DNA from: a virus
Reading direction: 5' to 3' (one strand)
IMG/VR virus record: IMGVR_UViG_3300030118_003002
Coordinates: 32,235 to 96,234 of that record
DNA length: 64,000 nt
In this document: positions 48,609-59,293 of the stretch, piece after piece
Layout: every line of letters starts with the position of its first letter
Numbering within the stretch: the stretch's first letter is position 1
Made by a program: the position numbers and the translations under genes
Notes under the pieces: model-generated
Database searches by the model: none
Told to the model about the DNA's origin: nothing
Seen by the model: only the letters and a program-made list of their open reading frames with translations

Positions 48609-48713
48609 TATGACAAGATGCAAACTACTAGATTCATGGTTAGATGCTAAGTCTAAAGAATTAGACAAGGCAGAAAAGAAAGCAGGTAAGGATTTGTTTA
48701 CAGGTGAGAAGAA

Positions 48714-48983
48714 ATGAGTTGGAAAGACGAGATTAAAAAAGATGTGCCTGAATTTGGCTATCCCAATACTAAAGTTATGCACAGTCCAATGGCAAAAGAC
48801 GCTGATAGAGTATCAGATTTGCTTTCTGAAGCATATAATAGATTGTATGATAATAAAGAATTACAAGAAAAATTCTTACTACTTCATAAAAGTGGCTCAG
48901 ATGGTTTAGATAAAGAAGAAGCAAAAAAGGATTTTGATGAAGGATTCAAAGCACTTGGTATATTCTTGAGTAATTTTAGGTGA
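48714..48983 (+). CDS. W-tag protein (MSWKDEIKK)
   Basis: Shared N-terminal motif. Confidence 0.7.
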   Translation: MSWKDEIKKDVPEFGYPNTKVMHSPMAKDADRVSDLLSEAYNRLYDNKELQEKFLLLHKSGSDGLDKEEAKKDFDEGFKALGIFLSNFR

Positions 48984-48989
48984 GAAGAA

Positions 48990-49271
48990 ATGAATTGGGA
49001 AGATATAATAAAAAGAAGAAAGATTTCTGATAATGAAAGAAACATAGACCCTAAATCGTTTAGAGAATATGGCATGAGTCCTTCTTATGAAGAACCAACA
49101 TCAGCAAAGGATGATTATTCCACAAGGTCGCCCGAACTACAAAAAGGGGCGCATACCTATCAACAAGGAATAGAAAAAATAGGCAGGTTGTTTATGAAAG
49201 GTAAAATTGATACCAAAAGATATGAACAATTGCGTGATGAATTAAAAGAAATATTTGGGATGGATGATTGA
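48990..49271 (+). CDS. W-tag protein (MNWEDIIK)
   Basis: Shared N-terminal motif. Confidence 0.7.
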   Translation: MNWEDIIKRRKISDNERNIDPKSFREYGMSPSYEEPTSAKDDYSTRSPELQKGAHTYQQGIEKIGRLFMKGKIDTKRYEQLRDELKEIFGMDD

Positions 49272-49272
49272 T

Positions 49273-49635
49273 ATGTCATGGGAAAATATCATCAAAAAAG
49301 ACAATATGTTGACTAATGTTGCTGATGCAACAGAACTAACCGCTATTTATCTTGGAGATGAACTCAATTATGATTATGATGGTAAATTTGCAGGTATGGG
49401 TTTTAGACGACACGCACTGAATTTAATCGCTGATGCTATGAGAGAAGGTAAATCAGATAAAGAAATTAGAGAAATGTTAAATGATGAAATACCGGATAGA
49501 TTAGAAAGGGATGAAAGATTCACAAAAAGACTTGAATTACATAGATTTAATTTCAAAGATATTAATTTCCCAGAAGCAATCAAAGATGCTTTAGACCCCG
49601 AAATAGAATATTTATCACATTTGAGAGATGATTAA
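49273..49635 (+). CDS. W-tag protein (MSWENIIKK; start reassigned)
   Basis: Internal ATG at 49273 begins the motif. Confidence 0.7.
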   Translation: MSWENIIKKDNMLTNVADATELTAIYLGDELNYDYDGKFAGMGFRRHALNLIADAMREGKSDKEIREMLNDEIPDRLERDERFTKRLELHRFNFKDINFPEAIKDALDPEIEYLSHLRDD

Positions 49636-49636
49636 A

Positions 49637-49954
49637 ATGAGTTGGTTTGATATTGTAAAAAAGGATTATGAATCCATAACAGAAGAAATATTAGAAGCAG
49701 GGGAGCATTTAGAAAAGTTGAGAAATGAAACTGAAAGTATCAGTCTTAAATTAGGTTTGATGACAAGAGGAAGAACTTATAATATGTTATCAGATGAAGA
49801 AAAGAATGAATGGAGTAAGTTAACTGCTAAATTAAAAAACACTTCTAAAGAATTTCAAAAAACTGCTAGGCTTGCTTTAGAGTTAGTCGAAAGAGCGCAA
49901 ATGTTTTCTGGAAACCCTGATGCTAGCGTTAAATTTATTGATGAAAATATTTGA
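49637..49954 (+). CDS. W-tag protein (MSWFDIVKK; start reassigned)
   Basis: ATG at 49637 begins the motif. Confidence 0.7.
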   Translation: MSWFDIVKKDYESITEEILEAGEHLEKLRNETESISLKLGLMTRGRTYNMLSDEEKNEWSKLTAKLKNTSKEFQKTARLALELVERAQMFSGNPDASVKFIDENI

Positions 49955-49963
49955 GGGAAACCT

Positions 49964-50260
49964 ATGACATGGCAAACCATTCTGAAAAAGGAAATTACTA
50001 GTTTTTCAGGAATGGCTAGATTAACAGATGTATTAGAAGACCACGAAGAAATACAGAATTCGCTAAGTCATATCCGTAGGAAATTAACAGGCATATTACA
50101 TTCTATAGATAATATAGCCGGAGATACAGAAATTAATGAAACAATTAATGATTTATTAGGTTCTATAAAAGATTTGAAAACTACTATTCAAATGATGGAT
50201 GATTCATACCAAGAAGAACAGGGAATGGCTTGGGGAATGTTACAGGAGGACAATGAATGA
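49964..50260 (+). CDS. W-tag coiled-coil protein (MTWQTILKK)
   Basis: Shared N-terminal motif. Confidence 0.7.
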   Translation: MTWQTILKKEITSFSGMARLTDVLEDHEEIQNSLSHIRRKLTGILHSIDNIAGDTEINETINDLLGSIKDLKTTIQMMDDSYQEEQGMAWGMLQEDNE

Positions 50261-50628
50261 ATTGGTTTAACATTCTCAAAATGATGACTCCTAGAGAGTT
50301 TCTAGAAGCATTAGGTTTAGAAGGTGACATTAAAGGCGGTGTCGGCAAAGGCGGAACTAATATGTCTTTGCACCATGATACAGGATATGTCAAGGTTCGT
50401 CAGAAAGGCGGAGGTAAATACTTCGTTACTGTTGATGGCAAAAAAACCCTTGAAGCATATAGTCTAGGTGAACTATTACAACAGGTAATGTCAGAAATTA
50501 AAAAGCAAGAATCTTCTTATACCGATGTTCTTCTAAGAGAAGCAGGGGCGGTTAGCACTGCTACACCCAACATAATAAATTTAAGATATTCACACAAAAA
50601 GAAGGAGGAAGATGAAGATGCCGAGTAA
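50257..50628 (+). CDS. W-tag protein (MNWFNILK)
   Basis: Shared N-terminal motif. Confidence 0.7.
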   Translation: MNWFNILKMMTPREFLEALGLEGDIKGGVGKGGTNMSLHHDTGYVKVRQKGGGKYFVTVDGKKTLEAYSLGELLQQVMSEIKKQESSYTDVLLREAGAVSTATPNIINLRYSHKKKEEDEDAE

Positions 50629-51736
50629 GAAGAAAGCACGAACAAGTGATGGTTTCGGTAATACTGTTGATAGTCCTACATTAGATTTTATTGCTGATTA
50701 CATAGCATGGGAAACTAAATGTAAGGGAATTAGCGATAAAGATATACAATCAGAAGGAAGAAAAACAAAACAAGGAAAAAGAGCAGTTCCTAATACTTTA
50801 TTCGGTCAATTAGAACAACATGTTACTTCTGCGTATAGGCGGCCTAATTCTCGTAATAAAGGAGATAAAGGAATATTTGAAGTTTTGAAAGATATTGCTA
50901 AGGCTATTAAAGGAAAGAAGGTTTTAACAAAAGACAATCTTGAAGACTTGGAAAAAATACAAGATAAATTAGCAATCTTTGAACAGGCTGGAAGTAAATT
51001 AAATCCTAGAAATATTCTTTTCCATACTCCTGTTTCTTTTGATGAAGTTAAAAGAGGAGGGAAAAAGGTTGTTATTGCGAGCGATGATGAAGAACCTATT
51101 TACGGACATTATGTTGATAAATACTTTGTTGCTAAATATCCAGAAAAGAACTATGAAGTTAAACCTAATTGGTCTAATAAAGCGAAAAATAAAGCAAATC
51201 CTCCATTAGCACAGGCATTATTTGGTGGTGGAGATTTAGGAATTGAGAAAGGTCTTATTGATATTGTTGATGGTGCTATTGAAGAGTTGAAAAAAGAAGG
51301 TATTGACCTATACACTATTGGAGTTAGAAGGGCTAGTGCATTAGCATTGATGGGAGGAGTTAGAAAATGGGTAACTAATAATATAAAGAACCCTAGATTC
51401 TATCCGGAGAATAGTGGTAAAATAAATCTTGGAGCAATAGCAAATGCACTAAGAGCAGAAACATTCACAGTTGCTAGTGAGAAAGAACAAAAATTACTTA
51501 TCTATGCGGCTACAAATAAAAAGATGGAATTTGCTCAAGATATTAAAGAATATAGAATAGGTCAAATAAGCAATCAAGTTATGGGAACTCTCATTAAAGA
51601 AGTAATCGCAAGAGGTCGCCAAGAAAACATTAAAGTTAGAAATGGTTACTATTTGAGATTGAGGGGATTATCAGACCCTCCTTCTGATACATGGAAAGAT
51701 ATTAAAAAATCATGGCAAGACATTTTGAGGTGGTAA
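50612..51736 (+). CDS. Hypothetical late protein with C-terminal W-tag-like motifs
   Basis: Ends SDTWKDIKKSWQDILRW. Confidence 0.7.
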   Translation: MKMPSKKKARTSDGFGNTVDSPTLDFIADYIAWETKCKGISDKDIQSEGRKTKQGKRAVPNTLFGQLEQHVTSAYRRPNSRNKGDKGIFEVLKDIAKAIKGKKVLTKDNLEDLEKIQDKLAIFEQAGSKLNPRNILFHTPVSFDEVKRGGKKVVIASDDEEPIYGHYVDKYFVAKYPEKNYEVKPNWSNKAKNKANPPLAQALFGGGDLGIEKGLIDIVDGAIEELKKEGIDLYTIGVRRASALALMGGVRKWVTNNIKNPRFYPENSGKINLGAIANALRAETFTVASEKEQKLLIYAATNKKMEFAQDIKEYRIGQISNQVMGTLIKEVIARGRQENIKVRNGYYLRLRGLSDPPSDTWKDIKKSWQDILRW

Positions 51737-51737
51737 A

Positions 51738-52103
51738 ATGAGTTGGGAAGATATAATTAAGATTGGGTATATTCCATCAGATGCAAGAAAAAGAAGCGCA
51801 CCTACTATTAATTGGTTAGATGCTTTTGATAAATTTGGGTTTGATGACGGGGCAGAAAATAAAGGACAAACAGAAGATATTGTTGATTTTTTAGAGGATA
51901 ATAAATATAAATCACATTTAACTTATGCCGGAGGACATAATACTTACATTTCTCGAATAGAAGATTTTGATGGAGAGAAAGTATATCCAATAGAAGGAGA
52001 GAGTTCTCGTTATGGGAAAAGACGATTTTTCCCGCCTAAACTTCTAAAACTGTTAGATGGTAAATATGGTAAATCAACGAAGTCAGAACACATTAAGAGT
52101 TGA
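51738..52103 (+). CDS. W-tag protein (MSWEDIIK)
   Basis: Shared N-terminal motif. Confidence 0.7.
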   Translation: MSWEDIIKIGYIPSDARKRSAPTINWLDAFDKFGFDDGAENKGQTEDIVDFLEDNKYKSHLTYAGGHNTYISRIEDFDGEKVYPIEGESSRYGKRRFFPPKLLKLLDGKYGKSTKSEHIKS

Positions 52104-52765
52104 TTAAAATGATAACCCGTAAACGATGTTCTGTTTGTCAACATGACGATAGAGAAGAAATTGAAGCCGCATTAGAAGGTGGATTTACTTCTTGTGATGA
52201 TATGGATAAAAGATATAATTGGCGAAGCGGTTCATCAGCCCAACACATGAGAAATCATATGGGAGATTATACCAACAGTAGTAATCCAAAATGTAAATTA
52301 TGCACAGACCCAATGAGGAAGCATTACGAACAGGCACTTTCAGAAGGTAATATTACCGTTGAGGGAGTTTCACAGGCTCTTGAAGTTACTAAAGAGCAGG
52401 TGCAAAGGCACATGAAGCACCACTTAGCACCATTGGTTCAGCAATCTGCTGCCACAATGATAGCGAAAAAAGAAGTAAATGAGATTGATTTGCTAAGTGC
52501 TAACATACAAAGATTAGATTCCAAGTTAGACGAGTTGTTCAGAAATACAGAACTAGAACCAAGAGAGATAGATAGTTTGACTAAACTCGCAAAAGAAGTT
52601 AGAGAGTCTTTGAGGTATCTTTTAGAATTTAAAGGCAAACTTGTTCACAAGAGACAAGACACAATTATTGTCGCACAAATGCAGATTGTTCAAGAAGTCT
52701 TAGCACAGAATAATCCTGAGATTTGGCTTGAAATTAAAAAGAAAATGCAGGAGAAATTACAATGA
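52100..52765 (+). CDS. Tandem CxxC...HxxxH zinc/HTH protein, possible terminase small subunit
   Basis: CSVC...HMRNH and CKLC...HMKHH repeats plus C-terminal coiled coil. Confidence 0.5.
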   Translation: MIKMITRKRCSVCQHDDREEIEAALEGGFTSCDDMDKRYNWRSGSSAQHMRNHMGDYTNSSNPKCKLCTDPMRKHYEQALSEGNITVEGVSQALEVTKEQVQRHMKHHLAPLVQQSAATMIAKKEVNEIDLLSANIQRLDSKLDELFRNTELEPREIDSLTKLAKEVRESLRYLLEFKGKLVHKRQDTIIVAQMQIVQEVLAQNNPEIWLEIKKKMQEKLQ

Positions 52766-52989
52766 GTTGGAAAGATATATTAAAAGAAGAAATAAAACAC
52801 TATAACAAATTACCAAACGATATGCCCGAAGCAACGAAGTATGATTTTGCCGTTGATAAAGGAGAAGAGAAAGCAAGATTGGCTTTTGCTAAAGAAATAC
52901 TTGAAGAAGAATTTAGCAGTAAAACCCATAAAATAATAAGTTATAATGACCCTTACGACCAAATGTTTTACAGGATTGTTGAAAGATAA
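52762..52989 (+). CDS. W-tag protein (MSWKDILK)
   Basis: Shared N-terminal motif. Confidence 0.7.
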   Translation: MSWKDILKEEIKHYNKLPNDMPEATKYDFAVDKGEEKARLAFAKEILEEEFSSKTHKIISYNDPYDQMFYRIVER

Positions 52990-53001
52990 GGAGGAATTAC
53001 A

Positions 53002-53427
53002 ATGAGTTGGAAAGAAATAGTAAAAGCACCTACGCCAAACTATCAAAAGAAAAGGTTTATTAGAAGGGGCGAGTCAAAGTATAGTGTAATTGATGGTAGT
53101 TTAATGGCAGAGATAGTTAAAGGATTAGGACTACCCGAAAAAGACGAAGATGGGGATAAGATTCAATATGAAGAAGATTATGATTATTTAGACTTAGATA
53201 TTTCCGCAGATATTGATTCCCCTGACATTACTATCACAGTTAAACCTAAAGGAAAAATTAGTATTTATAAATCCGAAGACACTATCACTCCGGTATATAC
53301 TTTCAAGGAAGATGAAATAATCATGGATGATGCTATTGATATTCCGGTAGGTGAAAAAGTGACTCTAGACTTTGAAATTGTGGATTTTCATAATGGGAAA
53401 TTGTATTTAGAATTGACGGGAAAATAA
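53002..53427 (+). CDS. W-tag acidic protein (MSWKEIVK)
   Basis: Shared N-terminal motif. Confidence 0.7.
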   Translation: MSWKEIVKAPTPNYQKKRFIRRGESKYSVIDGSLMAEIVKGLGLPEKDEDGDKIQYEEDYDYLDLDISADIDSPDITITVKPKGKISIYKSEDTITPVYTFKEDEIIMDDAIDIPVGEKVTLDFEIVDFHNGKLYLELTGK

Positions 53428-53445
53428 TACAGGAGGTGAATTACA

Positions 53446-53637
53446 ATGAAAAAAGACATGAATGTGAACAGATATGAAAAAGAAATTATCGCTACGATTG
53501 ATACTTTGAAAGAATTAGTTAGGTCTAAAAATATGCGTATGATAAACAGGGCTTTGTATAAGACAATAGATGATATTACTGCTTTAATAAAATTATACAA
53601 AGAGGCGATAGAGGATGAATTAACGCCTCCCAAATAA
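53446..53637 (+). CDS. Small helical protein
   Basis: GGAGGTGA RBS. Confidence 0.6.
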   Translation: MKKDMNVNRYEKEIIATIDTLKELVRSKNMRMINRALYKTIDDITALIKLYKEAIEDELTPPK

Positions 53638-53652
53638 GAAGGAGAGATTACA

Positions 53653-54150
53653 ATGAGTTGGGAAGATATATTGAAAAGAAGCATATTAAATAATCAATTC
53701 TATGCTTTCCAAGAATATTTACAATATGATGCCGAGCCTCCGTTTATAGATTATGAAAATATTAAAGCAAAAGAAGGCGATACTTTAGGAAATCGTTTTA
53801 CTATAAAAGTGAGAAAACCATTGACTAAAAAAATTGAAGTTCAAGAAAGAAAACCCTATCAAGAATCAGTTGCGGAGGCTATTGGAAGAAAGGACTATTA
53901 TTATGAAGAAGGAAAATTATATATTAATAATATTGAAATAGCAGATTATTTTATAGAAGGTGGAGATGAGGGAATAAATATGAGTAAAACTTTATCTGAT
54001 AGTGATATACAAAAAGTGTTTGATTATTTTGTAAATAATATTAGTGAATCTGATTTAAAACAATATAAAGAATACTTACCAGAAGCCTTTGAAGAAGCAC
54101 GAAATATGAGTCAATCACAAGATTTTTGGAGTAGGGCATTTAGAAATTAA
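53653..54150 (+). CDS. W-tag protein (MSWEDILK)
   Basis: Shared N-terminal motif. Confidence 0.7.
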   Translation: MSWEDILKRSILNNQFYAFQEYLQYDAEPPFIDYENIKAKEGDTLGNRFTIKVRKPLTKKIEVQERKPYQESVAEAIGRKDYYYEEGKLYINNIEIADYFIEGGDEGINMSKTLSDSDIQKVFDYFVNNISESDLKQYKEYLPEAFEEARNMSQSQDFWSRAFRN

Positions 54151-54162
54151 GGAGAAATTACA

Positions 54163-54369
54163 ATGAGTTGGAAAAGCATTATCAAACAGGATTGGAAAGA
54201 TACGGCAAGGGGCGACCTAGATGCTGATGAATCCTTAATTGCTTTTCAACAATCATTGTTTTACATGGAAAAGGTATTAGAAGAATTGAAAAAACCTAAT
54301 CCTAATATTCCGGAATTGATAGAGTTTATCGAATATAATATTCAAACAATAAAGGAGGAGTTAAAATGA
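54163..54369 (+). CDS. W-tag protein (MSWKSIIK)
   Basis: Shared N-terminal motif. Confidence 0.7.
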   Translation: MSWKSIIKQDWKDTARGDLDADESLIAFQQSLFYMEKVLEELKKPNPNIPELIEFIEYNIQTIKEELK

Positions 54370-54584
54370 GAGAACACCCAAATATTGCTAGAATGAAAAG
54401 AGTTAGAGCGAGAAGAAAACATAAGGAAAATCTTCCTAACCTTATTGAAGAGTATAAAGGACTAATAGAAATGGTAAGGGAAATGAGAAAACAACCCGAA
54501 TACGCTGATAAAAAAGAAAATCTGAATAGAGTCCTAGATACTTTTTCAGAAGGTCTTAAAAAACTAAAAAAGGAATTACAATGA
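54366..54584 (+). CDS. Small helical protein
   Basis: GGAGG RBS, coupled. Confidence 0.55.
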   Translation: MREHPNIARMKRVRARRKHKENLPNLIEEYKGLIEMVREMRKQPEYADKKENLNRVLDTFSEGLKKLKKELQ

Positions 54585-54593
54585 GGTGGTCTA

Positions 54594-56645
54594 ATGAAAG
54601 CCTTCCCTGCTGATTTTCTTACTCTCTTTCAGATGCTTTCAGACGATACAACGGCAGAAATTTTGTTTAATATTAAAAGCACTAATAGAAAAATTACTAA
54701 TCCTAACTTTGATGAAATGGTAAATCATTTCAAAGAACAGGAAATTGATATAAGTTCTGTTTATGAGTTTATGGAAGAAAAGAATCTTATTACTAATCTT
54801 CTTCGTAATAAAACAAAAGCAGAAAAAATAGAAATAAGACAAAATATTGCTAAGAATTTAGAAAAACTTATTGAAGGTTTAGGTCAGAGAAAATCTAGAG
54901 ATAAGACACAAAGACTTCTAAACGGAATTTTAGCAGATGATTCCCAATCTAGGGCTAATATTGTTGCCTTGAATGTTTTTCTAAAGGATTCGACTGATAA
55001 AAAACTTAAACATATAAAAACAAGATACTTAAATCCTGAAAATAGAGCAAAATTAATAGAAGTTATTGAGAAAAAAGAGTCTAAAAAGAGAAATTTTACT
55101 CCAAAAGACTTCTATAATGAGAAATTAATCAATTTAACTAGAGTTTTAGTTGAAATTCGTGCAGTTTCAGGCGAAGTTGATGAAAATTTGTTGGATGATG
55201 AGGCTAAAGAGTCTAATTGGCAGACTGAAATGAGTGGAAATTTAGTAATTTTGAGAAAAATAGTTAAATTTCAACGAAAAATAACACAAGGCGACATTAA
55301 AAAGTTAATTAAAGATGAATTACCATCATTATTCGCTTTAGCATCAACGGAAGATGTTAAAATGCGTAGTATTTCTCCTGATTTAAGAAGATTATTGTAT
55401 GAAACTGACTCATCTTTCGTAAATATAGGCAGTGCTTCAAGAATAAAAGCATTAGCGACTAAATTACTAGAAAGTTTTGGTAATGTTGAAAGAGAAGAAA
55501 TAGAAAATTGGTTCAAATTGGTGATGGAAGGTGCAAAAACCGGAGATTCTAGAGATACTAATTTTATGAAAGAAATTACTAATTTTAAGATTAATGGTAA
55601 GTCTATGTATCAAAGAATTTTAAGTGGAAAAGAGAATTCTAGCAAACATACTCCTTCTTTTTACATTCGCAAACTGTTAGAAACACCTACGGACAGTAAT
55701 TTGTTTGAAAATGTTATGAAAGAAATGGCGGCTGAAACTATCCTTACTAGAAAAGATTGGTTAGCATGGAAGAAACAGTCTGCCAGCACCAAAGAGGAAA
55801 AGGAAAACATTGAGTTAGACTCCAAAAAGGCACTCACTACGGAAGAAAGAAAAGCCTTTGAAAAAGAATATTTTAATGCTACGACCAATACTGTTCCGGC
55901 AATATTTATTGCTTATATGAAAGACGAAGGTGATTTGGAAATAACAGATGAGGACTATACTATTGTAAATCCTACTCAAGCAGAAGAATCCCAAAAGGCT
56001 ATTGTTATGAAAGAGGAAGCCAGCAAGGAGATACAGAAAGAACTCGGACAAGTATTAGAAGAAGAAGCAGCAGTTAGAGACTACAAAGAATGGTTGAAGG
56101 AAAATGGCTATTCCTATGATACGAATTTTTATGCTAAACAAAAACTAACTGCTCAAACTAGTGATGCTGAATTGCAAAATGAATCACAGTTAGTCAAGAC
56201 AATATTTTCTGTAATAAGTTCTCAAACGGAGACAAAAGGAGAAGAGACAGTTATTATAGAAGACCCGCTAAGAAATTTTTTCATAGACAATTCTCTCAAA
56301 GTTGTATTGGATAAAAAATCTAAGAATATCAAAGATGGGTTAGCCGTCTTTTATCACATAAGTAATTCTATGGCGAGTCCGTTAGTTGCCGAAGCGCAAA
56401 AAATAGACAAGGAAGTTAAGAAAGGTTTAACAGTTAAAAACAAAACCTTGCTCCGAGCAGTTAGGGGCTTTGCGGATAAGATTGAAGTAAACCTTAAATT
56501 ATTCAAGAGTAATTTCGAAAAGGCATTAACTGATAGATTACAAGATATTGGAGAAAATCCTATTAATTATCCTACTATTTATGATTCACCTAATTACACT
56601 AATAAATTAGTTAGTTATGCATTAATGAAAAGGCGAGAACTATGA
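54594..56645 (+). CDS. Large K/E-rich helical protein (possible internal virion protein)
   Basis: 683 aa, no recognisable catalytic motif, late region. Confidence 0.6.
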   Translation: MKAFPADFLTLFQMLSDDTTAEILFNIKSTNRKITNPNFDEMVNHFKEQEIDISSVYEFMEEKNLITNLLRNKTKAEKIEIRQNIAKNLEKLIEGLGQRKSRDKTQRLLNGILADDSQSRANIVALNVFLKDSTDKKLKHIKTRYLNPENRAKLIEVIEKKESKKRNFTPKDFYNEKLINLTRVLVEIRAVSGEVDENLLDDEAKESNWQTEMSGNLVILRKIVKFQRKITQGDIKKLIKDELPSLFALASTEDVKMRSISPDLRRLLYETDSSFVNIGSASRIKALATKLLESFGNVEREEIENWFKLVMEGAKTGDSRDTNFMKEITNFKINGKSMYQRILSGKENSSKHTPSFYIRKLLETPTDSNLFENVMKEMAAETILTRKDWLAWKKQSASTKEEKENIELDSKKALTTEERKAFEKEYFNATTNTVPAIFIAYMKDEGDLEITDEDYTIVNPTQAEESQKAIVMKEEASKEIQKELGQVLEEEAAVRDYKEWLKENGYSYDTNFYAKQKLTAQTSDAELQNESQLVKTIFSVISSQTETKGEETVIIEDPLRNFFIDNSLKVVLDKKSKNIKDGLAVFYHISNSMASPLVAEAQKIDKEVKKGLTVKNKTLLRAVRGFADKIEVNLKLFKSNFEKALTDRLQDIGENPINYPTIYDSPNYTNKLVSYALMKRREL

Positions 56646-59293
56646 CAGAAAAAATGAATAAATATTTGAAACCTAAAGTTGTTTCGACTATCCTAAATGC
56701 TTCCGAAAAAGAGTTTAGAAGCGTTGTTCGTGGCGGAGGAAAAACTGCTAAAAAACAGGCGGTTGCTAAAATAGACGATTTCATTAGAGATAAAGTTAGA
56801 GAATACAGAAAGGCTATTAGTTCTGCTTATTTAGAACAAAACAATCAAAAATTATCAATGGGAGAAAGACGAAACCTTCTCTCAGAAATTGGAGAAGAAG
56901 TAAAGGCTCATTTAATGACATTAGAAACAAAAAAGGTTGAAAGAGATGTTACACAAGAAAGCGGTCTTAAAGAACATTTAATGGACAGTATTACTGATGT
57001 TCTGTATGATGTAAAACATATTAGATATGACAATAGGAAATTAAGAACAGAAGATATTTTATCAACTGATTTTTCTTCTGACCTTATTACTTTAACAGAA
57101 GGAAAAAAAGTAAATGCTGATGAAATAGAATCTGAAATCAGATTAAATGTTTTAATTGAGGGTATGCCTGTTCCTAAGAATATTAAAAATAATCTTATGT
57201 CTATGACTGCCAGAATTAAAGAACTATCTAAAAGAACTACTGCTCGTTTCAAAATACACAGACATGAAATTCATCTAAAGAAGATTTTTGGCAGCGATAC
57301 GCAGCGAGCGAGAGATGCTAAACAAAGAAGGGCAACATATCGGTTTTGGAAAGGTGTAGCAAAAGAACAGGATAGCATGATTAAAAATTTAGAAGTGCTG
57401 GTGCAGAAACTAGATAAGGCAAACCCCGATAAAGATAAGGCCGATAAAGATGTAGCAGAATTTATTAGATTTATGAAAGGCGACCCCCAATTAGAATATG
57501 TATTTCCTTTTGAAAGCAAATCTTTAGGGTTTGCTGATTTGAATGCTAGGTCATACAAGTTCCTACTTAAATTTTTGAAGTTGTTCAATTACGATGTTAA
57601 TTTTAGAGGAAAGGGTATTGAACAAGAAGAAGTTGATGAGGAATCACCCGTAAAAGATAGTGTTGACGCTCTTGAAGATGCTTATGCTCAAGCCGTTACA
57701 GGTGAAGAAGAAGAAACTGATGAAGGGACAACAACTGATGCGGCAGTAAGCGAAAGGCAATCACAAGCCTCTCGATTAACAATACAAGACAAAACATTGA
57801 GAGATATTTTTGATGATGCCGATGTTAAGGAACTTATAGAGGATGCAGAAAAGATGGACTACGACCCTCTAGGTATTCTAGTGATTAAAGATGACTTAGA
57901 CGGATTAATGCCTCTATTTGGAGAAATAGAAGAAATTGAGGACTACCTAAAAGAAAAGTTGACCTTCTTAGACATTGATGAGGATGATGAAGAATCGCTT
58001 TTCAAGACATTTATGGAAGATTTAGAAAGAATAGACAGTTTAGCAGACTCTCAGAAAAAATTCCATCTTCCTATTTTTGCCGCAAATAACGCAGCATTAA
58101 GGACAATATATCCAGAATTAAAATCAAAGGCAGGTAAAATGTCAACTGATATTGACAGATTTTTAGAATTATTTGCTAATCTATTGCAGAAAGAAAAGGG
58201 AACTTTACCTGCTACTTTAAGATTAGATATGACAGGTGCGGGAACAGGTGGAGCGCAAAGTTTTATGCAAGGAGATAAAGAAATTGATATGGCTAAAATA
58301 AGATATTTCAAATATGCCACAACAATTCCATCTAGAAGGGGTTCTCCTAGAAAATCTTTCACAGAAGCAAAGAGTAAAAATAGTGCAATAGAAACTCAAA
58401 TTAATAAAGTAGTAAAGGACATGGCGGAGGTTTTTATTGCTCCTCAACAAAGTCACCTAGATGCGGGAATATCGTTACCGTTCAAAAATAATTATGCCAT
58501 GAGATATATTGCAGCAAATAAAAAACTAGATTCTAAGTTTGCCATATATTCTGCTATCAATAAAAAATTCATGGAAACAGGAGAGGCATTTATTGATGAG
58601 GAAGATGTTAGTAGTTTAACAACATTCCCTAGATTGTTAAGGACAGGAGATGCAATAAAGTCTTTTGAAAAGATAAAATCTGCTGGCGTTAAATTTGCTA
58701 GAGCATTATATGATGTTGCCGAGAGTTTAGACCGTAAAGAAAAGACTTTGAATAACAAAATAAAAGAAAGCATACAAAAAGATGTTGCTGCTATATTAGG
58801 TTCTATTCGAAGTATTACAGGAAGAAGAGAAGAATTCTTTATGAATGATGAATGGGGTAATAATATCGGTATTATGGAATCTTACAGAAATTCTAAAAAA
58901 GATAGTTTTGAAGACATTACCGTTCTTAAAACTATTGTTGATTTATTAGAGAGTAAACATGGAGAAACAGCAATTCCTGATGAAAACCAAAGAAAGAAAC
59001 TTTTAGAAAACTTAAAAGAAATTAAGAAGAGTGAAATTCAAAGAAAGATTTTGAGTGTCCATGATGCTATAAGACTAATTAAAAATCAACCTGTATTTTA
59101 TTCTAGAAAAAGAATTGACAATATAGAACATATGGAAGAAATGATTAACAAAATGGAAAGGGAATATCATTTAGATATTAGCGCAAGTGAAATGTCTAGC
59201 ATAGTTAATGATATAGATTCTTTTGACTCAATCAGTAAATCCTATGGAATAAGCACTGAACATATTTATGTCATTAAAGCAAACTTTAGGTGA
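56642..59293 (+). CDS. Large K/E/D-rich helical protein (possible internal virion protein)
   Basis: 883 aa, no recognisable catalytic motif. Confidence 0.6.
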   Translation: MTEKMNKYLKPKVVSTILNASEKEFRSVVRGGGKTAKKQAVAKIDDFIRDKVREYRKAISSAYLEQNNQKLSMGERRNLLSEIGEEVKAHLMTLETKKVERDVTQESGLKEHLMDSITDVLYDVKHIRYDNRKLRTEDILSTDFSSDLITLTEGKKVNADEIESEIRLNVLIEGMPVPKNIKNNLMSMTARIKELSKRTTARFKIHRHEIHLKKIFGSDTQRARDAKQRRATYRFWKGVAKEQDSMIKNLEVLVQKLDKANPDKDKADKDVAEFIRFMKGDPQLEYVFPFESKSLGFADLNARSYKFLLKFLKLFNYDVNFRGKGIEQEEVDEESPVKDSVDALEDAYAQAVTGEEEETDEGTTTDAAVSERQSQASRLTIQDKTLRDIFDDADVKELIEDAEKMDYDPLGILVIKDDLDGLMPLFGEIEEIEDYLKEKLTFLDIDEDDEESLFKTFMEDLERIDSLADSQKKFHLPIFAANNAALRTIYPELKSKAGKMSTDIDRFLELFANLLQKEKGTLPATLRLDMTGAGTGGAQSFMQGDKEIDMAKIRYFKYATTIPSRRGSPRKSFTEAKSKNSAIETQINKVVKDMAEVFIAPQQSHLDAGISLPFKNNYAMRYIAANKKLDSKFAIYSAINKKFMETGEAFIDEEDVSSLTTFPRLLRTGDAIKSFEKIKSAGVKFARALYDVAESLDRKEKTLNNKIKESIQKDVAAILGSIRSITGRREEFFMNDEWGNNIGIMESYRNSKKDSFEDITVLKTIVDLLESKHGETAIPDENQRKKLLENLKEIKKSEIQRKILSVHDAIRLIKNQPVFYSRKRIDNIEHMEEMINKMEREYHLDISASEMSSIVNDIDSFDSISKSYGISTEHIYVIKANFR

